Shown here: in pieces, positions 36,861 to 48,556 of the stretch
Layout: the number at the start of each line of letters is the position of its first letter
Numbering within the stretch: the stretch's first letter is position 1
Assembly: GCA_036172245.1 (NCBI GenBank)
Contig: JAYWIR010000001.1
Coordinates: 7,440,001 to 7,504,000 of the forward strand
Source of the DNA: Raillietiella orientalis
Taxonomy: Eukaryota
Length of the DNA stretch: 64,000 bases
Direction: 5' to 3'
The notes under the pieces: model-generated
What the model was told of the DNA's origin: nothing
Database searches by the model: none
What the model saw: the letters and a program-made list of their open reading frames with translations, nothing else
Made by a program: the position numbers and the translations under genes

Positions 36861-37738
36861 CCATTACGACGTCCCTCCCGATAACGCGAACTGAGAGGGA
36901 TTACGTCCGCGCGGAGAAACGGAGGAGGAGGAAGACGAATGGGGGACGAGCGGAGATGCATGGGTGGATGGCGGCGAAGTACCGCGGGATGCTTTCATCA
37001 CTGCGTGATCTCAATCTTCGACCCGCTAAAGGGGGAGGAAGCAGGCACGTGCTCCATGCTCCCTGCCTCCTCCGAGCCGTCTAGCCGCGGACCGGTCGCG
37101 AAGCTGCCGAAGGCGGGAAAAAATGACTGCGGAGGATGCTCGCCCTGATCACCTCAGATTGATGCCCTCCCCCTGCCTGAGGCTCCCTTGGAATTCCCCA
37201 GTTTCTTGGAAACTGACAAGACTGGCGGTATTGGAGTTGGTCCAAGATTTATTGCCGGAGGAAAACATGGAAAAGCTCCTGCGATATGTAAGGGCTGGAG
37301 ATGAATCTCAGTTCTTCCACTGAAGGGGGAGGAGGGGAAGCGGAGGACAGGGGATAGAAAAATTGGATCGGCGAGGGGGAACGGCGTCTCTCATGGGCGC
37401 ACTAGTCTTCAAGGCATCCCAGCCGTTTCGCAGGGAAGAGAACCGGCATCGTGAGGATGCGAAAATTCGGCCGCGCGCGCTCACGAGAGGGATGGGGAAG
37501 GGTGGGACAGGGTGAGCAAACTTTTGCTTTGGAGGTGCCGTTGCGTGAGCGAGGATCCGCGTGGAAGGCGAGTTTCTAGGCGACTGACTCCCCCCTTCGA
37601 AGAGGAAGAGCGAAACTTGAAGACGATAGCAGCTGAGGCACCGTGGAAGAGGAGGGAGGAGGTGAGGAGCAAACGCTGAATCTGTACTGCAAGAGTTTGC
37701 GCACCAGCTGCTCGGTCTAGATTTCTGGATTTTTTCTT

Positions 37739-39000
37739 GGTTTATCATCCGGTCACTCCGGGACGTTTATTATAAAAATAGTAAACATGCATGTGTAGGG
37801 CCATCGGTCCTACATTGTCCGAAAATGCTCGGAACCTGCCGAGTAACCGGCACGTGAGCCGGCGAGGCTCGCCTCGGCAGCGGAGGGGGAGGGGCCAAAC
37901 AAAAATAAAAATAAAACAAAAAGCATTATATAGAAAACAATTGGGAGGGTCAGGGAAGGGATCATCGGGAGCTGGAGGGTGTCCTCTGCATCCTTTCCAA
38001 GATGCCGGCGAAATCCATCCGAGTATGCCCCAGGTGGGACCATCTTGCTGCCATCTTCATGATGCGCAGGGAGAAGCAGGTGGCGTCCCTCTCGCGCCGT
38101 CCTCCTCTCGCGTAGCTCCAGGCCGCCATAATCCCACGTAGGTAGTAGCAAAGAGCTGATGAGGATGCGGCAGGCGAAAGGGTGTCGCTCCCGAAGAGAA
38201 GCTTCAACACGTCCTTGGGATGGTCCGTCGGTGCATAGAAGGCCGTTGCATAACACAACCACAGGGGCCGGAGGGCAACACAGTCTACAAGCAGGTGAGG
38301 AGCCGAGATTTCCGTTCCCCGCAACTACAAAGTTGGGGTCTACTCGTGGTTCGTGGAGGCTCTCTTAGAGAGCCACAGACGAGGGTCCGAAAGGGTCTCG
38401 AGGCTCTGCCGTCGCCCGCGGTGGCGTCCAGGAAAATCCGTGCCGCCCGTGGGCGCCCAGCTATTCGATGAGTGCTCGCTTTCCCGCAGCTGTCAGGATG
38501 TTCCAGACGTTTGGCTGGGGCCGCATCACCTGACGACAGGCTTCGCGGCAGCGGGGCTCACGTGGATTTCTCCCCTCTGGCACCGGGCTCCCCAAGATTA
38601 GGTCAGTTCCGGCATCGAATCCAGGGAGTTGCCCGAGGTCCTTGCAGGGCAAAGAGGAAGAAAAGCGCCGCTTTTCCCTTCCTCGTGCCGCAGGGGAAGA
38701 CGGAGATTCGCCGCAGCAGAAAGTTTGCCTTCCGGTTCCAACCACCACGCGAGCAAAGGCGCATCTCCTTGGTCACGTGACGCGACCGGCACGCCGATTC
38801 CTCACCGACAGATGTCACCGTGGCTTCTTCCTTCGCTGCCTCCTTTCCTGTTTGACGCCTCGAGGATTGATAACCCGAAGGCCTTGGACCTAAATCCCTG
38901 CCTCCGATCCCAACAGGAAACGAACGACAGTGAGGTGCGTTCTGGAACCCCCATGTTTTCCAGTCCGAGGAATTCCGGAAGTGTGTCCCTCATCTTCCCC
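37739..39000 (-). mobile_element. L1/Tx1-like copy C (ORF2 3' part plus 3' UTR); possible further RT remnant at about 39480-39660
   Basis: HLLVDCVALRPLW, ALCYYLRGIMAAWS and MAARWSHLG; TGATCCCTTCC at the stop; U-rich tract, three hairpins and AATAAA at 37766-37771 (minus). Upstream EMKRTLQMM..ASDG resembles RT domain 0. The 5' boundary is uncertain. Confidence 0.8.
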
Positions 39001-40179
39001 CCTTCCCCTCCCCCAAAGCCTGCTCCAGATCTGCATCTGCCCATTCAGTAGAAGAAGCAAACAGTGAAAGAGGGAAGGGAGAGGGGGAAGAGTTTAGTGC
39101 GTTTCTGTTCCCGGGAGAGCCAGGCGGGATCAGGGAGCAATGCCACACACCTGGACCCACCCCACCCCACGTCACCGTTTCTTCGACCCTTTCCCGCTCG
39201 ACACCCACCCGCCATCAGAAGACGATGATTTGCTGGATTCCCGGCCCAGCATTTTCTCACCCCACATCTGCTGCCTGCGGCTGATCTCCCGCTCGACACC
39301 CAAGCGAAGCGTCCCAGCTGTTCGCGACACCCAGATTCCCTCTCTCTCGCGTGCGCACGCGCTTGCTTTGCGATTTCCCGTCTCGGGAATCTAACGAGGA
39401 CGCGCCTTCCGCCTGCCAGACGGGGGACGCAACGAACGCCCCATCCTTCCCTCTTAGCACAAGGTCGAAGCTCTTCCTGCATCAGGAGGAAAGCGGATAG
39501 ACCTGGAAACCCTGTGGCCTTGCAGCACAAGACTTCCGTAGTTCCCGTTGTCTCTGGTGTTCTTCCCAGCGATGAGGGAGGAGAGAGAGAGCCTCTGCAG
39601 ACGCCCCATCCATCCGATGCCGCAACCTCCGTCATCATCTGCAAAGTTCGTTTCATCTCCGTGCTGCAGTCCGGAGTCCAGGAAAAGACGCGGTCGCCTC
39701 TCGAGTCGAAGGACTCTGCCCCATTCGGCACGCCGGAAGATGCGCGAGCCGTCGGACATTCCAGGGTGCATCGGTCCCGAAGAGGGGAAGACCCGAAACG
39801 CGGCAGGAACGAAAGAGGTGCAGAAATTGGACGACCGAAAGGTGCGCATTCCGGACGACGGACGGCGACAAAGCAGCTGTTTTTGAGGGGCGTCAGTCAC
39901 ACACTCCAAGGGGGAGCAGCGACGAGAATGGACCGCAGCATTTCGAATTAATTTGAAAAGCGAGCAGGCAGGACAGGAGTGGGGGGAGGGAGGAGGGAGT
40001 TACGTCGATACGAACCCGTCCCGTGCGCAGAGGGGACACACGTGGAGAAAGGCGTTCTTCCGGTACACGGGAGGAAGCGTCGCAACGTGTTTCCAGGCCG
40101 TCTGCGGGAGCAGCCAGGCAGCCAACCGGCGACTGGGTGCTCCCCATTTCGAGCGCTCTCGGGGAGATAGATGAGGGCG

Positions 40180-40340
40180 GCATTTATCACTAAAGGGTTG
40201 GTCTCGTTTTGTTCTACGGCGTCACAGATGTGCATTCCTCCCATCCATGGGTCACGTAGGAGCTCCCGGGCGAAGTGATTTGACACGCACGCTATGCAAA
40301 TCATCTGCAGCTTCCCATAATGACGACGATGATTACGCAC
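40180..40340. promoter_or_regulatory. Candidate cis-regulatory motif cluster
   Basis: Octamer ATGCAAAT, TGATTTGACA, TTTATC (GATA-like) and CATAATGA within about 150 bp. Confidence 0.3.
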
Positions 40341-41299
40341 GAGCGCTTCGATTCTGCCCACCTTAGCCGGGGTTTCGAGGTCCACGGGGCTTCAAAAGAA
40401 AGAGGAGAGAGGGGGAAGAGAGAAGAAGATGAAAAAGGTGGGAGGGGTTAAAAGGGGGAAAGCTCAAACGCGGGATCCAATGTCGAAAGCGAAAGTCCTC
40501 TCTTTCCGAAGCGGCGTAGGAGCGACTTCGGATCTCTCGGAAAGAGATCAGTGGGGGAGGAGGGGGTTTCCTCCACGGGGGCCGCCGATGACAGGAAGGA
40601 TTTCTCGGGCTTCTGGAAAAGAGGTGAGATCATCCTCTGGGATCCTCTTTCGCCATCCTCTCCAGATAGGGCCATGAAGCCCGATGGTCCAGCAGAAGGA
40701 TCTCTTTCCAGAAAGGTCTTCAACTTCTGCTGAAATGAGAGGGGAAAAAAACTCGTGCTTGAAGAATAGATGGAAGCAACGGTGCGTTTTCTTTTTCCTT
40801 TTTTTTTTCGTCTTTCTATTAGGACGAGGTCTTGATCCATGATCTGGACCAAAAGTGAACGACCACATAAAGCCGTTTTCATCGATAAGACTGGAGCCTG
40901 TTTATCTGCTCCCCCATTCCCGCGGAACGCGCCATCGCTTCCTTGATTCCGGAAGAGGCTGGACGCTCAGTCGATCCCGGAGATCTGGGTCCTGCATATC
41001 CGAGGCGTCTGCAGGTCGATCGGGAGAGCGAGGGCATTCCCATCTCTCTCGCCGCGAGCGACCGCCCAGCCCAGTCTCGCACGATGCGCATCCGACATAT
41101 CAAGGCGGGAAAGAGCCGCCGCGTTCCTAGAGACCGCTGGGGTCAGGCTGGCAGCCCCTGCATCCCAGGTCCGGTCAATATGGAGACGGCACGATCAGCG
41201 ATCCTGCGGCGACTCGTGTCTGCCCAGGAGGGCAGGGGGAGGCGTGAACAGACGAAATCACCTGCACCTTCCCTTCTCGTCCTTCCCGGTGGCGCTAGA

Positions 41300-44200
41300 A
41301 AGACGGAATCGGCTGCAGTGTACTTTTGCTCTCTGACAGAGCCCCAGGACACTCGGGCCCTTATCTGGAAGAGTTTGGGTTGCCTTTCGGGACCCACCCC
41401 TCGCGAAATGACCGACACTTTCCAGCTGGCGCCTCTCGTGAAGCCGACGGTATCATCCGGAAGGTCAGTTGACAGTTGCGCTCCTGACACACAACGAAAG
41501 AGATGCCGACTCCCTGGACAGAGGGAGATGCCCGCATCCATCTGCGTTCTCGCCAGCTTCTGGACCTCTGTAGCTCCCGCTCGTCAATCAAGCAGACCGG
41601 GATACATGATGTGCATCTTCGCAGAATCCAGAAGGATGAATAATTTAGGAGCGCAAGCAACGCCCTCTCTGCTCTCCCTTAATTCCCCGGACACCTCCAG
41701 GTATCCAAGGAGGAGGCTGCAGTCGTTTTTTTCGTGTTTGGTTCCGTAACACTCATCAGGCAGCGTTCCCCGATCCGGAAGGCCATCGCTGCTCTCTGAT
41801 GGATGCCATGGCAAGCTGACCGGCGCGCGGCGGCTGGACGGGAAACCTTGAAGGATGCTTCAAAGTCGCCATCCCGCGGGAAGGCACCTGCTACGAAACT
41901 AAGGAACAGAATCTAACCAAGAGATGTTCTGAGAGGCCGGTAGGAATCTTGAGGTGAGAACGGAATTCTGAGGGTCTCTTTCGGACGATTCCAGATCGTT
42001 CCGGGAATCCTTTCCAAGCATTTCCTGAATTAAACGGAAGTGTATGAACAGGGGGAGGGGAGGGAGGATGGTTATTCGTTCTGCTTCCTCCTCCACACCC
42101 GGAAAACGAGCCTCCTCGTGTCGTTGACAGGCAAGAGAAAGTCCCTTTTTTTCCCTTCTTTTTCCTGTATCCACGCTGAACACCAAACGACGACGAGCTA
42201 CCCGAGAAACACGTAACACCTCTCCATCTTCCTCCCCACCCTCGCAGGCTTTGCGTATCCTCTTACCACTCGCATTTCGAGATGATGCTTCCTCCTCTCG
42301 CCTTCCCTCGAGATCTCCTCACGGGTTCTTTCTCTCCGCAGCCACGGGGAAAGATTCCCGTCGTGGCGGTGAGGTCCCCCTCGATCACATACGGTTTCCA
42401 GGAACGTCTTCTGCAGACGATGCAGCTTCCCGTTCTCCCTTTCATCGTCCTGCTGTCGGGAGGAGCAGCAGCAAAGGTTTTGATCGAATGCAACTTGCTG
42501 GAGCTGCTGGCGCATTCACCCTCCGCTGCTTGCAGCCATGACAAGATGGCGAGGAACATGAGCGGCTTCCGCCATCTCTTCGCAGCTTCCCCGGCTGATC
42601 CTCCTCAGCTTGCTCTCATCACGGGCTCTCCATTCCCACAGGTGCTCCGGCGGGAAAACCACCCATGAGGATCTCGAGCGCACTGGGTGCTCGAGCATGC
42701 CGCTTTCTTCTTCCTCCTCTTTCGCATCTTCACTTCCCTCGTTCTCTGGACGTTCGCCGGACCCTAAGATGTCAGACAAACTGAGAAATACTCTCGTGAC
42801 TCTGCGAGTGCTCCCTTGGAGGCGAGGTCTGGTCGCTGAATAGCGCCTGAGCTGATCTCTGGGACAACCCAAACGTGGGTTACTTCGGAAGAACGATTCT
42901 TGGGCAGGAAGACCTCCTTAGAGAACACATGTCACAGGTAAAAGCGATGGACGGTGATCGTCTCCATGGTAGCCATAGCTTCCCGACTTTGATACTTGCG
43001 TTCGCTTTCTACCGGTTCGCGATACGCACAAGATGAAAAAATGGACATCCCCACGGAGACAGCGAGCGGTTTGGGAACGAAGGCGACACTCATCTTTCGC
43101 AGCGATGGCATTCAATGATACACCTCGAGGGGGTGGCAAGCCGATCCTCCGATGCTCACCCATCCTTCTGTCCTGTCTCTTCTGGTGCAGCTACTGCATG
43201 CTCACAAGGGTCCAGCAGAATCCAGGAAACCGTTTGCTACCGGGCTCCAGGTCCGGTTTTCACTTCTCTTGCAGCAGCTCAAGGCGCGGTGAGGCCATCT
43301 TTGGCCCACACTCCTCTCTGAGATCCCCTGCGACGAAGACGGCTTGCGCCATCGCCCCTTGGCTCTCCCACGATCTTTTCCGCATCCTCGCCGAGGGATC
43401 GGATGAGTTTTCATCGCTCGCAGGGATGTCGTCCACGGACGCACTTCGCGAATGACTCGCGGAAGTCTTCCCCGCTCGGCGGAGCTACGAAGCAATCCGG
43501 TCAGCTGTTGGGATCCTCCTTCTTACAGCGGCCACTCTTTTTCACGTTCAGTGCCCACGATGAATTTCGGGAAGGAAGGATTTCCGGAGCTTTTATCACT
43601 TTTGCTATGCTGCCAAAGGCGTGCCGATAGTTGCTCCGTCCTGCCCAGTGGCCTAACATGTCTTCAGCAAATTCCCCGACTGCCTGTAGTCGAAAGATCC
43701 CAAATCTCCTGAGATGCACCTCACCATTGCTCGGGTCCTGGGCTGCCATTGGTGCTCGTACCGAATAGGACAGGAAGCAGCTTCTCGGTCCGACCTCTTT
43801 CCTCCACCTTGCCTCTCTTCCCGTGCTGTTGCCTGCCCCTTCACATGGCGCTGGCGAGGTCGAGCATGACTCGACCTTCGTTAGGGAGGCGTTGGTCTCC
43901 AGTTCAGCTCGTCCTCCCGATCTTGAGCAGTTTGAGGCTGCCAGCTCCCTTTCTTCCCTTCCGCTGCTCCCTTGACGGGACTCACGCCGGGAGATCACAT
44001 CTCTCAGCAACGAGGTTGGAATCCCGCACCCTGCGACTGAGGATGTGCGTCAAGGACACCTCCCGTACCGAGCACCTCCCAGGAATTCGATCACAGCCTC
44101 TCTTTGAGGGAGCTTTTTCCACAAGTTTGGAGAAAGCATCAGGAGCAGAATCGCGGATGATCTCTGGAGGTAAAATGCCCGAGGCTGGCCGACACGTCCA

Positions 44201-45582
44201 TGACTTCGTCCTGATCCGGCTGCTTCTCGATGATGGAGTGCAATGCTTCTTCCTGCTTCCTAGGGAGTATCCCGTTCATCTCGTACACAACAGCCCAGAA
44301 GGATATTTGTGCCGCGCATGTGTTACTTTGGGTTCGTAAACAGCGCTCTTGCATTCTAGCGGATGCTTGGGAAGTGCCGTCCACGTGCTGCTCACGGCCC
44401 GCTCGAACTTGGTCATCTTTTCGGTTGCTCATGCCCGAGGCCTGCGTTCTGAGAGGTGTCTGCTGAATTTTCTTTTCCGACACAGCTTCTCTCAGAATGG
44501 TCCAGACTAAGAGGTTCCGTGGCTTTTTGACCCAGACACAGGAAAGTTGCCGGCTTCATCTACCAAGCTGGAAAGTCCAAGACGTCCCTTGGAGCGGTCG
44601 GCGCGGAAGGTGTCTTCGCTTCTGTAGCCGGAAGATCGAAGCGTTTCCCTCGTCTCTTTCGAGCTCGACGGATGCGGTGTTTGTTTGGAACTCAGTTCTA
44701 CCTCTCCGAATCCTGCCGACTACCAAGGATCTCGTCTACCACCAACACAAGCCCTTCCTCGTCCCAGTGCCCCTTAGAGGAGCAAAGGACAGGCAACTTC
44801 CAGAGAGGTGGGAAGTGACATGTCAAATACAAAACAAGAAGAAACAACGGGGTACTGGATCAACACGGGAGCTGACAGACGCTGCCACCCGATTGTCCCA
44901 GCAAAAGGAATGCTACGTTGGGGAAAGCTGCTACACATTCTTCAGGAGGAGGACCCCAGGGTGCTGGAACAGTACATCCCTCCACTAAAGTGGCAAGAGT
45001 CGGCGTTCTTGCTGTTGCACTGGGGCCTCTCGTGCAACGTCCGTCGGCATCATTGTACCCGGGGGGAGTATAAGTGCGGAGAGTACAGCAGGTGCGGAGA
45101 AAGAGAGTCCCTTCCGCACCTGCTCATGAAATGTGTTGCCCTCCATCCCTTGTGGGAACGCTTTTCCGCATTTCTAGCAGCACTGTGCTGCCTATGCGGG
45201 ATCGCAGCCGCATGGAGCAACGACAGGGGCGCCATCTACTTTGCTGTCCTCTTCAAGAGAATAGCGTCATGATGGCCTTACTTGGGAGCCTTGAAACAGG
45301 AACTTTCCAGCATCCTGAAAAGGATGCAGAGGACGCGCTACAGAATCCGGTGATCCCTTCCCGAACCCTTCCAATTTTTTGCATTTCTTGTTTGGTTTTC
45401 TTTTTTTGTTGTTTCCCCCTCCCCCCCTCTGCTGCCGAGGAGAACTTCGCCGGCCTGCGCGCCGGTTCTCGGCAAGTTCCTTTTTGTATATCTATGGAAC
45501 GTGGCAGGACCAAGCGTCCTGCCACTGACCTGTATGTTTATTTTTGACAAATGAATGCCTTGGCGCAACCGAGTGTTAATTC
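41300..45582 (+). mobile_element. Near full-length but heavily decayed L1/Tx1-like element (copy D)
   Basis: Collinear remnants: ORF1-like YLEEFG..DGIIRKV..EMPT..GDARIHL (about 41360-41570); APE-like VVAVRSP..PFIVLLSG (about 42350-42460); WDNxKRGLL (42860); KSSPLGG; FREGRISG..MLPKACR*LLRPAQW (about 43570-43650); DVRQG (44042); EKASGA (44130); FLG; WEVTCQI; LHWGLSCNVRRHH..RCGERESLPHLLMKC; then the structured 3' UTR. Confidence 0.8.
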
Positions 45583-45599
45583 AAGGCAAGTCTTGGTGG

Positions 45600-46900
45600 T
45601 GAACGAGACTGGGGAATGTCTCCACGGTGTCTGGTTTTTGCCTAGAACACCAGTCCAATGCTGACCGCGTGGGAGTGTATCTGGACCCTCGAGGGCCCAA
45701 CTGGATTGAGCTCACCCCAGACACTTGCACATATCAAAATATTGTCTAGGAAAGGGATGTCGCTGCCACCGTGTCTGCGCCGTTCCTGACTCCTCTCAGC
45801 ACTGTGGAGACGAAATGGAGAGAGACGCATTCATGCGGATGGATGAAAAGTCCAGCTTGTAATGCACGCCGCCATCCAGCGCCTTGATCTTGATTCAGGT
45901 GCGGTCTGGATCTGCTAGGAGAGCTGACGCATCTGCATGTTCCAAAAAAGATCCTCCCAACTTCCGTGAAACTGGTTCGGTTAAATGTCAGAGAGGTCAA
46001 AAAAGATTAGCATATCCTTGATCTCTCTGTGACTCTGAAGGTATCGAGTCGTCTGCAGGGAGTCCGAATGAAAGGGGTGCATGGTCATCCTTATGTAGCA
46101 GATCGCCCGCCATCTCCGAGAAGGCATCCCCGGTCACCACACTCTGTGTGCGGAAACCGATCCAGAACTTCCTCTGCTGAAAGATGTATCCTGCTCATCC
46201 ATGCAGCACCTGCGCATCGTGATTCCTCTGCCGTCTCGCTCTCGAAAAATCACCTTCCCAGTCTTACACGCTCTTGGAGATGGGATTTTCTGGTCTTCGC
46301 TTCTCCACCTCCCTGCTGGCAAAGCGACTCGTCGCTGCAAGGAGATGAATGTCACCTTCTTTCCCAGTCACCCGCTGAATCTCGAGCCGGTAGAAAGCTA
46401 GCACAAGGATCATCATCGGGAAGCTATGGCTGCCATGACGACTATTACTGTCCATCATCGTCTTCTTCCGAAGTAACCCACGTTTGAGGTTATCGCAGTG
46501 GTCATTCCAGGCGCTATACAGTGGTCAAACCTCGCTCTGGAGGAACGCCCGTCTTGACAGCCAGATCCTCGATGCCTGGTCAAGGTGCAGTCCGCGTGAG
46601 GCTGACTTGGCTGATGCATTCTTGAGTAACCGAAGATCCTGTCGAACCCATCTCTAAAGTGATCCTTCATGCTTCCCCGATGTCTTGCATTCAGCTCGAT
46701 CTTGGCTTCCGTACATCCTTGCTTGAGGATAATGCAAAGGAGGGGATTTTCCACAGCTCTCCACTGCTTCACCTGTGTCTGCGAAGGACTGCTCCGGGAC
46801 GGCTGTTGAAGAATGGGGCGTGCTGCCTGCCAAGGCATGGGTTCTATCTGGCTCCACCTATTCTTTCCACTTGCCACTCTGTAGGTTTCTCTATCAGGCC
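45600..46900 (-). mobile_element. Inverted fragment of a related L1/Tx1-like ORF2 linker region (segment X)
   Basis: 46335-46535 is clearly homologous at DNA level to the reverse complement of 42820-43095 (shared ttcttccgaagtaacccacgtttg and cgggaagctatggct, with deletions). Outer bounds are approximate. Confidence 0.65.
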
Positions 46901-47199
46901 CGCTTGAAGGTGGTGAGGCTGCAAAGGTCAGCGGTCTTCTTCTGGCGACTCAGACAGGTAGGTCTGTTGTCGGTCGCTGGTGCCCAAGATGGCGGAGTCT
47001 TCTTCTGGATGTTTGGCTGTACCGAAAGACGTCAGCAATTTGCGCGAGGCGGGGCACATTCGGGTCCACTCCCAAGAGCGAGAAGCAAAAATCGCCATCC
47101 CCGATTGATATTCTCTCCAGAGATTATTCCGAAGCAGCCTGCCTCGCGTTTGCTTCCTGGAAGCTGCGAGGTTCCTCGTTCCTTTCTTCCCCCCTCCCC

Positions 47200-48556
47200 C
47201 TCCGCCTTGTGCGCTCCGCGTCGGGACGGCGGTCTTGACCTCCTGACGCTGGAGCTCACGGAAATACAGCTGCGATGGCGCACCATGGCCATCGCAGAGA
47301 AGCTGTGGAGCACCCCTTGGTGCGTTCCGGCCCGAATCCTCGCCAGCCGTGTGTCCAGGACCCAAAGACTCGCGTCGCTTCTTCTGTGCCGCTGCCGGAA
47401 GATTCAAAGGTGCGGCCTGCTCCTTGGACGCATGGCCTCCCTGGCAAAGGAAAACGGCTGGATGGTATGCAGCCCCGCCAACTCCTACGCCTGGCTGGAG
47501 AAGACCGCTGGCACGTGGGCGAAGCTCCACGAGGGAAGCCACGAGACGTGGAACGGCTTGCGGACCGGCTTATACTCTCGGCTTATACTTTCCCTCGAGT
47601 TGCACGTGGGCGGAGACGACCCCCCTTGCTACGGCGATGCCCTTCCTGAGGAGGGCGCTTCACAGCAGCCGGACACCGAGGTGGAAAATCTCCTGCCGAA
47701 TCGCAGGCAGGGAGAAGTTGATGAGCGGATGGACCATGGGAGAGCTGGCGGACGCCACGACCCCGAGCGTCCAGACGAGAGGATTGACGAGATAGGGCGA
47801 GCTGCTCGGCATCCCGAAGGATGACCTGAAGTGGCCCCCAATGTTAATTGGATCCAGGATTCTCTCCTTGAAGTGGCAAGAGTCAGTGCTGCTGCTGTTG
47901 CATTGGGCTGACAGTCAGCGCTGACCTACCCTGCAACGCGCGCCGCTTCCACTGGACACGGGGGAGAGTACATCCTGAGTGTGCCAGGTGTGGGGAGAGG
48001 GAATCGCTCCCCCACCTTATTGTTGACTGTGCTGCCCTCCGACCCCTATGTGAACGTTTTGGGACAACCCTCGGGCTCCCGGTGAGCAGCGCGCCCAGAT
48101 ACGTTTTGCGGCTCCTCTTCGTGCGGGACGCCCTGCAGCCAGCCGCCGCTGTGGCAGCACTATGTTGCATCCGAGGCATCGTGGCGGCTTGGAGTGATGC
48201 CCACGACGAAGATGTCGATGATAACGAGAGGGACTTCATCCCCTGTGCTGTCTGCTTTATGGAAAGAGCAACGGGATGGCCCCAGCTGGGACAAATGCTG
48301 AAGGACCTCGAGAGCATCCTGCAAAGGATGGCTCCCCCTCCCAGTGAACAGTGATCCCTTCCTGGCCCTCCAAAGTCTTTTTTTTGGTTTTTCTTTATTT
48401 TTTCTTTTTGTTTTTTCCCCCATCCCCTTTCACTGCCGAAGAGAGTCACGCTGGTCTGCGTCCCGGCAAGTCCGGTGTTGTGTTGGCCGTTTGTGGGGCC
48501 TCGTACTACGTTTTGTTGAGTTTTAATAAACGCCCCAGCGTACCCGGGTAGAAATC
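47200..48556 (+). mobile_element. L1/Tx1-like copy E (thumb, zinc-binding domain, 3' UTR)
   Basis: LCAPRRDGGLDLLTLE..PWCVPARIL aligns along its length with copy B; CARCGERESLPHLIVDC; stop TGA at 48352-48354; AATAAA at 48525-48530. Confidence 0.9.

Noticed and set aside
38150..38200. Hammerhead ribozyme (CTGATGA...GAAA)
   Set aside because: Stem II does not pair and there is no UH cleavage site; it lies antisense in LINE coding sequence.
39948..40385. Protein-like ORF MDLETPAKVGRIEALVRNH as a host exon
   Set aside because: No recognisable domain or convincing splice context; better explained as a motif-rich non-coding island. A homology search would settle it.
41584..41814. DDE transposase-like motif KLFILLDSAKMH on the minus strand
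   Set aside because: No downstream P..SP.LNP or QP.D motif; the region lies antisense within the putative ORF1 of copy D.
42820..46540. Endogenous negative-strand RNA virus L-protein methyltransferase fragments (LHALGDG; FSKEVFLPKNRSSEVTHVWVV)
   Set aside because: The opposite strand gives LINE linker motifs collinear with the RT and zinc-binding motifs of copy D. The viral-like reading is antisense coincidence.
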